NCBI GenBank assembly: GCA_003971905.1
Contig: RSEE01000009.1
Span: 1-64,000, forward strand
Length of the DNA: 64,000 nt
Reading direction: 5' to 3'
Source: Moniliella sp. 'wahieum'
Lineage: Eukaryota
The notes under the pieces are model-generated. The model was given only the letters and a program-made list of their open reading frames with translations. It was not told the origin of the DNA and did no database searches. Shown piece after piece: positions 1 to 12,775 of the stretch. Position 1 is the first letter of the stretch. The number at the start of each line of letters is the position of its first letter. A program made the translations under genes and the position numbers.

Positions 1-1256
1 ATCGCCACATGCAAACGCTCGCCGTCTTTCTGTGGGGGATGACATCCCCATCAGCCTCATCCTCTTCTTCTTTTGCTGGTTTGCATCTACCCGATGGGCC
101 CTGTTGCGGGCGCACTCTACTGACTCCTGTCCTGCCCTGGTCCGACCCCACAGCTCCATCCCACTCTGTGGCCCTGGTCATCCCCTACCTCATCTGGGTC
201 TTTTTATTGACACGGCGCCTGAGAATGGTGGCCGCCGTGGCTTCGATGCGCCAGTCCCAGTTCTGGAAGTTACTTTGCCGGGTACTACCCCATCAGCTGC
301 ATCAAGGTACTGTCCCCCGTCTTCCGTCTCCTGTCTCCCGTTCCCGTCCCCGTTCCCGTTCGCTTCTGCCCCACACACCCCGCTGCTTCTGTGTGCTAAC
401 CTACCCCCCCGGGAATGACCATGCCTCGTCCCAGACCGTCGACCTTCCGCCAGACAAGCCCTACCTGTTTGGCTACCACCCGCACGGGTGGTGGGCATGG
501 GCGCGCTGGCCAACTTTGCGTCGGATGCTACCGAGTTTGCCACTTCCTCCTCCCTGCATCCAAACCACTCCTCCTCACCTTGGCCAGCAACTTTAAACTT
601 CCCTTTCTCCGTGACGTTCTCCTGTCCCTGGGCATTGGCAGTGTCAGTCGGGCGAGCTGCGAGACGCTCCTGCGCCGAGGCCCGGGCAGCTCCATCACCA
701 TTGTGGTCGGCGGTGCTGCAAGAGTTTAAGGGCGCATCCGGGCACGGCGGACCTGACGCTGCGTCGTCGGTTGGGGTTCATCAAGATTGCCATTCGGAAT
801 GGGGCGGCTTTGGTGCCCGTGTTTGCGTTTGGGGAGAATGACATTTTGCCCGCTGGCCAACGAGAAGGGTACGGCACTGTTGGGTTCCAAAAACGATTCC
901 AAGCCTTGTTTGGGTTTACGCTCCCGCTCTTCCATGGCCGAGGCGTGTTCAACTACCATATTGGTCTCTTGCCCTTCCGTCACCCCATTGTCGCCTGTGT
1001 CGGCCGGCCATCGAGACGGTTCAGAACAAGCAACCCGACGCCGGAAGAAATTGAAGAGGTGCAAGAACGATACATTGCTGAGCTTACCCGGTACGTTGAA
1101 TGCTTCTTTTTGTTTGATTTACGCCCTCGCCATCCGTGGTGGGAACAGGGAGGACCCCACACTCACCTCGCTTTTTGGGTTGCTCGCCACCAGGATTTGG
1201 GATACGTGAAAGACCAGTACGCGGCGAACCGAACCAAGGAACTGACAATCGACTAG
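1..1256 (+). CDS. DGA1: Diacylglycerol O-acyltransferase (DGAT2 family); 5' end possibly outside the window, frameshifted, introns at about 307-433 and 1091-1193
   Basis: DGAT2 motifs across frames: PYLFGYHPHG, SITIVVGGA, GFIKIAIRNGAALVPVFAFGEND, LPLFHGRGVFNYHIGLLPFRHPI. Stop TAG at 1254-1256. Confidence 0.92.
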
Positions 1257-2274
1257 ACGTCTTTGTCTTTCCTTTCCTTTCCTTTTATTTCCTTTCATTT
1301 TCTTTCATTTCTTTCCTCTCCTCGCCCTACAAAATAGGTTCCTCTTTCCAACTCGATTGTCATGTTGATAGTTAAGGTCGTCCGTTCTGTTCTTTCTTGG
1401 TATGCCCGACCAGCTACACAAATCCAGCAGGATCATGTGATTTCGGACTTGGTAACCAGTAACGGTAACCTGTAACCTGTAACCCCCGACGCGTCTTCGG
1501 GTGCCCTCTGCTCCCCTCTGTCAGCCTATTTGCGCCCCAGGAGGGTTCAAGCTAGATGCATGAAGGCGAGACAAACGACACCGAACAAAAAAGTGAAGCA
1601 GCATTATGCAGAACAGAGCAAGACAACTCAACCCCAACCTAAACCTCAACCGTCCGGCACGGCACGGTGCAGGTGTCAAACGGAAAGCATGGTAAGAACC
1701 CAGTGTGGCGAGGGAGACCCATAGATCAGAACGAGGGGGTGGGATGACACGATAGAGGCCGGTAGTGCATACCGTGCATTCCGCGCACATCCTCTCCACG
1801 CCAGGAAAGAAGCGTTCGGTCCTAGCTACCCGCCCATGGCCACCGCCGACACCGCGCGCAACGAAGCGCCTGTGCGCATTACCACCATGTTAGCTGGCTA
1901 AAGCTCGTTCCGACAGCCAGGCAGGGCAGATTGGGTTGTATAATGGCCAGCACTCGGTGGAACTGGTGCTACTAGCCTCGGGGCCGTGCACTCCCTCTCG
2001 ATGGCTCTACTCTCAGCGCCTACCGTGGCAGCAATCAAGCAAGCAGCACGAGCCGCGCGGAGCGTGCCTGCGGGTATACATAGATCTCGCACACAGACAA
2101 GGCGGTGGGCGAGAAATGGCAGCTACAAGATGCGGGGGCGGGTACAGCCGTTGCCCCTGGCCGGTCGGCGGGACCGCATAATCGGCACGTGGTTTCCCTG
2201 TCCCTGTGCAGGTAAGTCAATGTCGTGGGCCGAGCAAGAAGACGACCAAGGAAAAGGACAGTTCACGCAGTGCA

Positions 2275-4358
2275 TTAGCACGTATGTCGTTCGCCCGTCC
2301 GCCCCTGGACCACGTCCGACAAGGCCGTCACGACGGAAACCGCGAGGACTACCATGCCAAACACGGCCGTGGCCACGGCGACGAGTTTGGTGTGGGTCCA
2401 GGTTTTGCGTGGGTGGGCGACCGCGGCGCTGACTACGGTCACCCCGCTCGATCCGATCCCTCGGCGGACGCCGACGGTCGTCGGTCCTGTACCGCAAGGG
2501 TACCGGCAGGGGTAAGCTAGTTCGCCGTCCGGATCGGGCAGGTGGTACGCGCGCCTGGTTTGAATGGCAACTCGATCAGGTTGGGGTCCACGTCGGACAG
2601 GGCAGAGTCTAGGGGTCCGGAACGGGGGGCGGGACCTTGGCTGCGTTCCAGGTCTTGCAGGAGCCGTGACGAGCTGGGCCTTGACTCGCTCGGCTCTTCG
2701 CTGGGCATAGGGTGGTACCCCCCCCTGGATCCGGCGGGAGGGTAGAGAGGTTGGTTGTCGTCTGCCTCGCCCTCTGGATCGAAATCGGGATGGTCATGGC
2801 CGTGGACGTGGGGTGCGGTGGAGGTCGCGATGGGCGGGTGCGAGAGGACGTATCCCGACTGAGTTTGAGGAAACATGCTGAGGGAAAATGTAGGCCAACG
2901 CGGTGGCCGATAAGCCGCCCGTCAGTTCCAGCACGATGCCCAGGTCGCACGTGAGGAGGGAGATGATGAGGCTGGTGATGACGAGGGCCGAGGTGAGGAT
3001 AAAATGGCGCTTGCGATTGTACGTTTCTTCGCCGCCCTGTTCAGCCGACGCAGCCAAGGCCGCCGTCTCGTCGGGCCAAAAGTACGTCTCGAGGACTTCC
3101 CGACACACAAAGCATTCCAGCGGAAAGGTAGTGAACATGTTGACGCCAAACAGGAAGCGAGCCACGTGACCAAGTGATCGTGGGCGGGGAAATTGTTGAG
3201 AATGTTGGCCAAGGTCTTTTCCTCAAACGACCAGTATCCCGCCACGGACATGGTCGTGGCGGCCACGCCGGCAATCAAGGTGGAATAATGGGTTACCTTG
3301 CCAAACTTGTCCATGGACGGTTCCTTCAAGCTGCCATAGATGAGCAGTGAGTTGTGGTGACAGACAAACGCAAAACTAATCACAGCGATCGAGCGAATGA
3401 GTTTAGTGGGATACACCACTGTGAACCGTAACGAAGGGTCTCCCTTTGTTCCGACGGCATCATTGGGCCCCGGATCACGACCGACGTAATGATCACCACC
3501 ATGGACACCAGCGCAATCGCCGACGCCTTGGAGAGGGACTCAATGTTGCGATAGAGTGAAAGCGGGAAGGAGATGACCAAGGTGCAAAAGGAGATGACAA
3601 AGCTCCGGTTCGCCCACCACGCTCCCTCGGCCGCCGAGCGCGACACGGCGCCCAAGACGGCTGGGATGGTATCGCCAATGACGACGCAAAACGCACACAT
3701 GCCCCCAAACGCAAATGCAAACTGAAACAGCGACACGGCCGCCGAGCCGCGGGAACCAAAGCAATGCTGCATAATCTCAATGTACGTCCGTCGGCCCGAC
3801 AACTTGGCATTGAGCACGATCAACCGGATCGTCCAGTCAGTCAGGAAACTGAGCCCGACCAGCAGCAGCAGCACCACCCGGCCACAAAGCCCGACTCACG
3901 CATGCTGTACGGCAACCCGACAATCCCAGCACCCAGAATGGAGTTGGCCATATTGACCGTGCCATCGAATGTGCCCGCGCCACGACGCAGCCAGTCGGGA
4001 ACCGGCATCTGTTCTTGTACGCGGGCCAGACCCTCATTGAGGAGGAGGGGGATGTCGATGGCCGAGGCGGTGCTGTGGCGTGCGGGGGACGGACCGCTGT
4101 GACCTGGCCCACGGGCGTACTCTGCCGATGCCCGTGCGAGGTCTTGCTCCTCCTGCTCCTCCTGCTCCACTTCCTCTTCCTCCTCCCCATCCCCATCCCC
4201 CTCTGCGCCGTTGGCGCCGTCGGCGCCATGGGCATGGTCCTGGCGGGGCCAGGCGGCCGGGTCGGCGTCAAGGTCGGCATCTCTCGGCGCCACGTGTCGG
4301 GGTCGTCGGGGAGACGGAAGAGCAGGGTGGATGTGGCGGTGGGCGGCGCGGCCGACAT
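2275..4358 (-). CDS. AVT2: Vacuolar amino acid transporter, Avt2/SLC38A11-like (Aa_trans family), frameshifted
   Basis: NMANSILGAGIVGLPY, DWTIRLIVLNAKLSGR, FAFGGMCAFCVVIGDTIP, ISFAFVCHHNSLLIYGSL, TTFPLECFVCREV. The last TM helix KLVAVATAVFGMVVLAVSVVTAL is read manually and ends at TAA 2277-2275. The start at MSAAPP (4358) is inferred. Confidence 0.88.
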
Positions 4359-6941
4359 GCTGTCGGTGCTGGTCTGGAGGCGGAAGCGGTGCGCCGAGCC
4401 GGCGCCGCGCCCCCGTGGCCGAGCAGACGACGCAGCACACAAGGCAGTCGCTCCACCCCGCTGAGCTAAGCATTCGGCATGGCGGACTCCGGCGGAGTAC
4501 TTCGGACGTGCAGGACAGAATTCGAGAAGGACGGATGGCTCTCAGGCTGAGACCTCGTTGGCGATACACCGAACAAGCTGCGAGCAGCCCAGCGGTCACC
4601 GCCATCATGCACATGCATCACACATCACACCTCGCGCTGTTCTATCCAACTCTCTCCTATGTTCTTATCCGAACAGGCACCTCTCTTGGAATAGATCCAT
4701 CACCTTCTCTCTCTCTCTTCTCTCTGTAGACCTTGCCCGCTTTACGCCAGCCTATCGCCTTCGTACGCCGATGTGGGTCGGTCTCAGCGCAGGCACCCAC
4801 GCCACACCTTTGAATTTTGAACGGTCGGAGAGAGCAGGCCAAGGGCGCCAAGGGGGATGGGAACGGGCAGAACAAAACGAGGGGAAGACACGCTTCCTTC
4901 GGGGAGCCACCGCGGGGCTCGTGTGTTTTGGCCGACGTCCCTTAAGTGCCTCCTGCGGCCTAGGAATTCCTTTGTTTTCTCGCTTTTGTTTTCCTTGTTC
5001 CGCAGCCTATAGCCCCTGGCCGGCTGGCTGCTTGATGTTCCTCTGTACATGTGTTGCTGGCTGGCTTAGTCCACCGTCCCTGGTGCGATTGCATCGCCTT
5101 CGAGGTACCATCGGCGCCATCAGCACTCTATTAGATCTCAGATCTCATCCCTTTCTGCTCACATGAACGTTGAACGCTACCCTATCTGTGCAAAATAAAA
5201 GCAGTCCCTGGGCATTGCGCGCTCGCTCCCTTGTTGTCTCTCAGAGTTCGGCCCAGGCTGGCCATCAAAAGGGCTGTACCTCTTTTCCTCGTACATGACA
5301 CCCAGTCAATGTGTTGGGGATGCTGACACGGACGCGTTTAGATTGTCGATTGGCAGTGACATGTGACATGATGACATGGTGACACCAGACGCAGCACAGA
5401 TCCGCACACCAAGGCCGACCAGGACGACGTCTGTCTACTCTACGGCTGACGTATATATTTGCCTACTGATTAAGGTTGCCCACCGGCCACCCCTGGTCCG
5501 GCGCGGCTCTGCTCTCCCTCTGCCGCACTTATAGTGATCGATATAGCTTTTTGATCCCAAGTATGTGGGGTGCCGAGCAAGCCAGAGAGGGACCTGATCA
5601 CCAGGTCTCAGACCCCTCAGGTTCCAAGCTTCGCTAATCGCTAACACTCTGCACGGTCGAAACGTACCCTTTTTGTTCTCAGATAGAGGGAGCTTGAAGC
5701 TTAAAGCCTCACATACACCAAAACATCTCCCTTTGGCGCTTGGCCACACTCTTCATGAAATTTGTGACACTGTCGGATAAGTCACTTGTATGAACCGGTC
5801 TTTCTCGAAAGGTGGAGACTCCCCTGTCTCATGGCCTGCTGGTCAAAAGCTTACATCTCAACCTTCCAGGAGAGGGTGGCGGAGAGGCGGATTCACGGAG
5901 ACCGGGGTTCCAAGAAAAATGTATCACAGCCAAGGAACCCCCCGTCGTATTAACATGTGTGGGTTTTGGAGAGTTGGAGCGAGATGCTCAATTGAGGCGG
6001 CCTTGCCAACATTTTGATATGATCCGCGGCTCTCCACCGAGACAGTCCCCTCGGCCACGCCACGTGCCAAGTGGAAGGGCGTTGCGATTTCAAGCTTTAT
6101 GGCTTCCAGCTTCTTAGTATGCTCGTACTCAGTCTGACTGTGTATCTCCTCTCGTTGACATCGACGCTCCTGCGTCCGCCCCATCTTTCTTTGGTCACAG
6201 GGTACATGATCGGGCTGATGATTCCATTCTTTCGTATTCCCACGGCCGCTTCGGCAGTAAGCGCCAGCTTGGCACCAGCTTGGCACCGTCGGCTGGATGA
6301 CGGATGACGCGATGACGGTATGACCGTAGAAGGGCGGTGGCGGCGATGCGGTCGTCGTCTGGGGGGGGTGCTGACAGGACTGCCGTGAGAAGAATTCAAT
6401 GGCCAATGGGAGCAACACACGCTCCAACACCAAACAGAACGCGGATGGCCACAAAGAACATCCAGAAGAGGGCAAAAGGGCCACCGCTGGGGCCAATTTA
6501 AGCGTGGCACCACACAGTTGCGACACTGGCGCTGAGCGACACCGCCCAGTGTGGACCAAGGTGCGGGGGGGGAAAGCGCATGGGCAGTGTGCCCCAGCAT
6601 GGCTGGGGTGGGCGGCGCGGCGGTGGGAACAGGTGGGGGGGCAGGATAGCCGAGTATGGGTGGCCTGGATAGTCAGCGCCGCACTGGGCCAGAGACCCCA
6701 TCTCCCATCTCCCATCGCAGCAGGGCGCAGCAGGGCGGTGTGCTGGGTGTCGCCACTGACGTCACCACCCCGCACCAGCGCGAGCGCACAGACCCCCTGC
6801 GCCGCTCCCTCCATATCTCAGATCTCATCGATCTCGTCAGCCATCGATCATCGATCATCCAACGCGACTGGCGCAGATTCGCTTGATTGGCTTGAGTACT
6901 GCGTCTCACAGCAGCCATCCAGCTAGCTGCCCACCAGCAGA

Positions 6942-6947
6942 TATAAA
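6942..6947 (+). promoter_or_regulatory. TATA box upstream of a small ORF
   Basis: TATAAA followed by a CT-rich leader and CCACCATG at 7012-7019. Confidence 0.55.
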
Positions 6948-7016
6948 CCCGCCCCACCTGCCATCCCGCCTGCTGTCGTCCACGCCCTTCCCGCCTCTTT
7001 TGCCTCTCATCCCACC

Positions 7017-7296
7017 ATGCTGCCCACCACCCTCGTCCGCAACCTCGGCTCGCGCGCTGCGCTGCGCCTCCCTCACGCGCCCCCTCGCCAAGCAAGACGG
7101 TGCGCTCGCCGACGGGGGGCGCGACGCCGAAGAACGTGACGCCGACGATCCTGCGTCCGGGCCGTCGCTTGTCGGGCCGCTCGCCGTTGCGTGCGCCGTG
7201 AGCATTGTGGCACGACGCAAGATGGCCTTGTCCCCATCCGCCCTCGCTTCAATCTGCGCCTTTGGCATTTGCTGCCCCGTGCCAACCAAATCGTAG
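7017..7296 (+). CDS. Putative small Cys-rich (possibly secreted) peptide precursor, broken by indels
   Basis: TATA box and Kozak ATG, an acidic segment DGGRDAEERDADD, four Cys codons spaced 18 nt apart (7152, 7170, 7188, 7206) and a terminal ICAFGICCPVPTKS*. These parts lie in different frames. Confidence 0.35.
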
Positions 7297-7888
7297 TGCT
7301 CCCTCTGGGGCGGTGTATATTCTGCGCCGTCCAAAACCATTCAAAATGACTTTGGCGGGTCCAGGTTACTGATACGTGTTTTGGATATTATTAGTGAACA
7401 CAGACCCCCCAAGACACTTTTTCTTCTGCCGCCCATCTTACATCGCATTTCGCTCTCATCAAACTGACAGGGAAGCCAAGTGCCAAGCTCTCCAACTAGC
7501 GAGTGCGGCACCACGCATGCGTTGTCGCTTCCCCCTGCCCCATCCCATGCATTGGCTGGTACACCAGTCGGCCGACTCTCTCAACTCACATCTGTTCATA
7601 TAACATACCGCATTCCTCTTTCACACGTCTCGTTTGCTGAGATATAGCTTGCCGGGTCAGATCCGTCAGAAAAGGTTAATACGTAGGGCCAACGCTCTGG
7701 CCTACCTAGTGCAGGATACGACAAGGTCCAGGGCGAGTTCCTCGTGCTGGTCGGACGCCCATCTGGCCTGCGCAAAGGAAACTCTGAATCGCCCGTGAGA
7801 GGGTGCTGAAAGTTGAAGATAATGGCAAGTACTGAGTCTCAGTCTCAGGACTTAGTACTTCAGCTCATTCGTATTCGTTCGATGGCAG

Positions 7889-7964
7889 CCATGACACATA
7901 AACATGTTATTGCATGTCATCATGACATGACATGCTGCATGACATGCATGACATGCATGACATG
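7889..7964. repeat. CATG-cored micro-tandem repeat (CATGA/CATG)n
   Basis: catgacatgacatgctgcatgacatgcatgacatgcatgacatg seen directly. Confidence 0.85.
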
Positions 7965-8842
7965 AACTTCTGCACATCCACTTGATCATGGAGCTGCCTC
8001 CGTTCGCTTCTGACCATGCATCAAGAGGAACATTGGCTGCGATGGATAGAGGAGTACACCCAAACAGCAATAACCGAAAGTGAAAACAGCAAACGAAAAC
8101 AAACATGTCGGCCGCACCGTGACGTGTGACGAAGGTGCACCGTTGAGTCCTTCTGTTCGCCCAATTCAAACATAGGACATGGAGGGAACCCCCCAACGCT
8201 CGCGCCGAAGGCGGAACGCCGGGACCGAAGAGGCCATGCACGATCCTTCGTAGGCGTATTCCATATTCACCCAGGCACGTGTTGGCCTGGCGGTTCCATC
8301 CTGAGCAATGATTAATGATTGCCATTGTCGTGGGTTAGTCTTCAGTAGGTTGCATGGTGGCCCTAACTCTCGTAGTAGTGTTCTATCTCTGTGCTCATTA
8401 ATCATAATCATTGCTCATACCCCCTGCGCCCCTGTTGGCCTGTGCGTGTTCTGGCCATGCATTTATGATCGGCACGCGCTGGCCCTGCCAAGGGCTCGAA
8501 GCAAGGCCAGTCGGGCAGGCCAGGTCGTCACGGCGTCACAGCAGGTAGACACTAGGGGGAACCCAGAAACAAACAAGAAGAGAAAACAAGTAACGTGCGA
8601 GGCTAATGGCTTATGGATCAACAGGGATGATGGATGATCGATGAAGAGGCTTCCGATCCCCGACCCCGTGTCGGGATCAGCGTAAAACGGCCAACAAAGG
8701 GTTGAAGATTGGAGATTGAAGAGGGGCACGGAGAGTGTTGTCCGGGAAAAGGGGGGCGGCGGCATGTTGCCCGATGCGGATGGTTGCAGGTGACGGCACA
8801 ATGGCGCATGCACAAGAGAGAGAGAGACGGGCTAGGAAGAAA

Positions 8843-8933
8843 GTGTGCGGCGTGTAGCGTGTGGTGTGCGATGTGCGGCGATGTGCTGTGTGCGGTGTGC
8901 GGTGTGCGGTGTGCGGTGCGGTGTGCGGTGTGC
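8843..8933. repeat. Degenerate heptamer tandem repeat (TGTGCGG)n
   Basis: tgtgcggtgtgcggtgtgcggtgtgcggtgcggtgtgcgg seen directly. Confidence 0.85.
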
Positions 8934-9083
8934 CGCGTACAATGCGGCTGACAGGTACGACAAGGAATGGATACAGTACAGGTGGCATCCTGCTAGGCGC
9001 CGGTAATGCGATGGTGCGAGGGGGACCGATGACATGGGAGGTACCGAGGCAAGCAGTCCATGCAAGAGTCCCAAGACGGGCAC

Positions 9084-10159
9084 TTACCAAAGTTTGAGTG
9101 CCGAAAGCGAGCGGGAGCCCAAGCGGGACGAGAGTTTGGTGGGCAACGAAGGCTTGGCCGGCTTGGGCGAGGGCAAATCTGCGGGCATGGCAGGTGGGAG
9201 GGGAACGGACAGATCCGGATCTGGGCCTGCCGGGACTAAGTGGAAGAGGTGGTCAATGGAGGTGGAGACAAGACTGACAAAGGCACGTCGGCCGGTCCTC
9301 CTCCTCCAAGGAGCAAGATGGGACCGATGGCTCGGCCTCCAACGGGGGCAGAAGGTCCCTGCTAGGCCTGCTGGTGGGGCGGCTGCGCGGTCGCAAAATT
9401 CAGCTCCTTCCAGCCAATCCATAATGTTTTCGTGTTTCAGGTGGGGCCGATGACGAATGCGATTGTGCTTGGGCCCACGACGGATCAAGTTGGACTGAGC
9501 TTCTTCTGCCGCGGTCACGCCCGATTCCGGGCCAGGCCGTGCCCTCCCTCGGCAGAGAGGGACATGGAGAATCCCAGACGCCATGGCGAGCTGGTGCCGG
9601 AGATGGCAGAGGAAGCGCGGCGCGCCAAGAGGACTCGGTGCCAGTGTCGGTGGATCGGCCAGCGGTTTCGCCGGAAAGGCGCGGGTCAATCTCGGAGGAC
9701 GGATCTCGTGCGCGGGAGGGTGGTTGGCTCGCGGCACGGAGTGGGGGCAAGTGGAGCGGCAGATGGAAGCGACTATGGCTGCGATTCCATTCGAGACTGC
9801 GGCCTGTTCGGCTTGGGGACGGGCTGGGGGTGGGATGCAATGACAGAGCGTGGGCAGAAGGCGGGGCGAGGGGAAGGAACGGGGGCGGTGGAGAGGGCAA
9901 GAGGGGATCGCTGGGTGAAGGGGGGAGCGGCGACGGGAAGGGCGAAGGAAGAATGCTGGCCGGCTGCAGCGTCTGCTTGGCTTGGGGTCGATGGGGCTCG
10001 GGGTCGCTGTCGCGTTGGGCGGCGTGGGGTGGGAGTGAGGAGGCTTTGGCGTCGGCGTTCGCTGGGGGCGCGAGGGCGGCGGCAGAGGCGGAGGCGGAGG
10101 CGGCGGCTCGGGGTGGCTCCGGGAGAAACGCAGGCGGCGAGGCGGCGGCGGTAGAGCAT
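9084..10159 (-). CDS. Hypothetical Ser/Pro-rich protein, frameshifted
   Basis: Long overlapping minus-strand ORFs give protein-like S/P/A-rich text (STAAASPPAFLPEPP... ENIMDWLEG... KPSLPTKLSSRLGSRSLSALKLW*). A CT-rich leader precedes the ATG at 10159. No family recognised. Confidence 0.35.
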
Positions 10160-11199
10160 GGGGAGTGGTGGTGGCGAGGGGGCAGAAACGAAGCAAGGAG
10201 CGAGGGCCAGCGAGGGCGGCGGGCGGGGGCACAGCACGGCAGATGGAGATGGAGGCGACGGTCTGCTCGCGATGAGCGCTGCAGCCGGCCAGCGTGTAAA
10301 TAGCAAGCGGCCAGCGGTGCTAAAACAGCTCCACTGCATTTCGTTTCATTTTGCGATGGGCCTACTATGTGCACCGATGCGCAGCGCCAGTGCGGAGCAC
10401 AGACCAATTCGCTCTTCCTCCGCATTTTCGTCAAAAACGTCATGCATCATGGCGAAACAAACTGCCATCCCGTCGCCCCTCCTCGCCTCGCTGAGCCTCA
10501 GCGCTCAGGCTGAGCGCTGGGGCTAAGCGCTGGGGCTGAACGAGCGCTGCGCCTCGACTGAGCATGCTGGGGAAAGCGAACCAACTCAATGCATCGTTCA
10601 AATATCCCTCTCCCACCCCACGCCCCCTTGGAGCCTGCCTGCACCTGGCCGAGCTGAGCTCAGCGAGCGCTGAGGCTCCTGTATTAATTGTCACAACTTC
10701 GTTCAGGAGCCTGTCCACCCAGCTATTCCGGCAACAGTCCCACCACGCCCTTTTTTCTTTGGTAATCAAAGCCAGGCTACGCCATACACAGCTCGGGTCG
10801 ATGGCCATTGGACGATGGGCGATGGGAGAAAACGCCAAACGTGCAACCTGGGGGCTCAGAAGCCGGCGATCGACACTGGCAACTCCCAGCGGCAGCCGAT
10901 CGGTGGCTCTGGCAGCAAGCGCGGGGAGGGCGGAAGAGCGGAGGAGCGGAAGAGCAAGCGGCTCTCGGCATCCTTGCAGCAGTCATTATATGTCGCAGAC
11001 GCGATCCATCCGCCGCACGGGGGCAGTCGCTCTCAAAATCAGCTCACTCCCCAATGACCCCCCGCGCCCAGGGGCCCACACCACAGACCGGCACAGTAGC
11101 AGGCTGATTAGTATTACCGCTCTCTCTTTCTGGCGATCTCCTCTCCCTCCACGCCCTCCCCTCCGCACCCCACCCCACCACCTCCCCCTCCTGCCCCCC

Positions 11200-11382
11200 A
11201 TGGCCGCCCAGACAATCGCGCCCATCACGGGCATGCTGCGCAAGAGCTTCACCCGCGACCTCACCCTCGCCTTGGGCCTCGCCTTTACTGGCGGCTCCTA
11301 CTTCTGGTACGGCATCCACAAGCCCTATATCAAGAAGCGCGACGCTTTCTACGCCAAGCTCCAGGCCGAGGGCCAAGAGTAG
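11200..11382 (+). CDS. COX9: Cytochrome c oxidase subunit 9 (VIIa), 60 aa
   Basis: MAAQTIAPITGMLRKSFTRDLTLALGLAFTGGSYFWYGIHKPYIKKRDAFYAKL matches the fungal Cox9 pattern IAPITG...FWYG.H...RD.FY. Confidence 0.9.
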   Translation: MAAQTIAPITGMLRKSFTRDLTLALGLAFTGGSYFWYGIHKPYIKKRDAFYAKLQAEGQE

Positions 11383-12775
11383 GCGTGGAAGCGTGGAAGC
11401 TTCAAAGCGCATGAACCGCGCCCGGAACACAATGCACAATGCCCATTTCCCATTGCTTGTGCTGGGCTACACGATGCACACGTGTATGTATCTCTCTCCC
11501 TCTTCCTCTTGGTGTGGTCGCCAATGCTGATGCACATGCTCCCGTTGCCATTGTCATTGCCATCGGCTGTCGTCACCGCGTGTAGCTGACAACCACAGCA
11601 AGCCATCCCACGGTGTTTGTGGTCAACCGATCCCATTTCAAGCCAATCGCTCAACGAAATGCCTTCATACTTTCCCTACACGTCTCCCGCGCCCCACGTA
11701 TCTAGATCTCCTTAATCAGCCAGCGATTGTAGCACTTCGCCCAGCTCGTTCCCTTGTGGGGCCCTATTCCACTTGTCTCACCTTCCGTTGTTACCTTCGC
11801 GGTTGGTCTTGGGCTTGCGAAGATTCGGGGGGGGGGGGGGCGGGCTGCAGAGGTTGACAGCATGTCCGTGGCCCGTGCCCTGGTGGAACAGGGGAAAATG
11901 GTCCGCGCTGTGCACTCGCTGTCTGTTTCTCTTATCCACGGCGGATGCGTCCTATCTTTCTATCATCGCTCCACTCTTCGCTGTACCACTCATAGCCTCG
12001 TTCTTGCCCATATGGTACCGTGGCAACCGCTTCCGCTCTCTCCACAGACAAAATAGCTGTGTTTCCCGACTCAACAATGGTTCACAGTACTCACTGTACT
12101 TATGCTCACGGTTCTCTCAACTGGTGAATTCGGCAGCGCTGCCACATCGAGGGGGTGGTAAGGTAGCTAAGCTAGCCAATATCCTCGTCCAGTGTCTCTC
12201 GCACGTCCCCTCATTTCTCCATCATAACTCTACCGCTTCATTTTGTGGCGCTTGGGCGGCCCTCCTAGCTGTGCGGTCATATAGTAGTAGGGGCACCGTA
12301 CGCCGTGACACTTGCTATGGGCAGCCCCAAAAAAGATTGCATTTGGGGGCCTAACCTGAACATCCAGTTACAGCCCCACTGATATGGTTGAGTGCCTGTT
12401 TCTTGATCGTCCCCCAAAACGTCAGGTCAGCCTGCGTTAAGTCTGCGTGCCTGCTTGTCTGCGTCCCGAAAGAACCCCGTATCGTTGATTGGAACTAGTA
12501 CCTCCACTACTACTAGCTACTAGCGCCCACTGATCTATATGTGATCAGAAACCCCTTTCCACTATTTCCCCTCGCCTCCCTTTCCTGAGCGTCACGGTCA
12601 GTGGAAAAAAGCGGATTGCTTCCAACGGTTGAGGTTGCCTGTGCTTCGAGCGCTTTGGTGAGAAAAAATAGAAAGGCGGGAGGCTGAGGGGGTGCGTGTT
12701 GAACCCAACCGGCACACCGAGCCAACAACAAAGGCGAGGCCAAAAGCATGGTACGGCGGTACTGCGGGTCCGTGT

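Noticed and set aside
5790..6814. Several overlapping ORFs between AVT2 and the small Cys-rich locus
   Set aside because: No recognisable domain or consistent coding signal; left unannotated.
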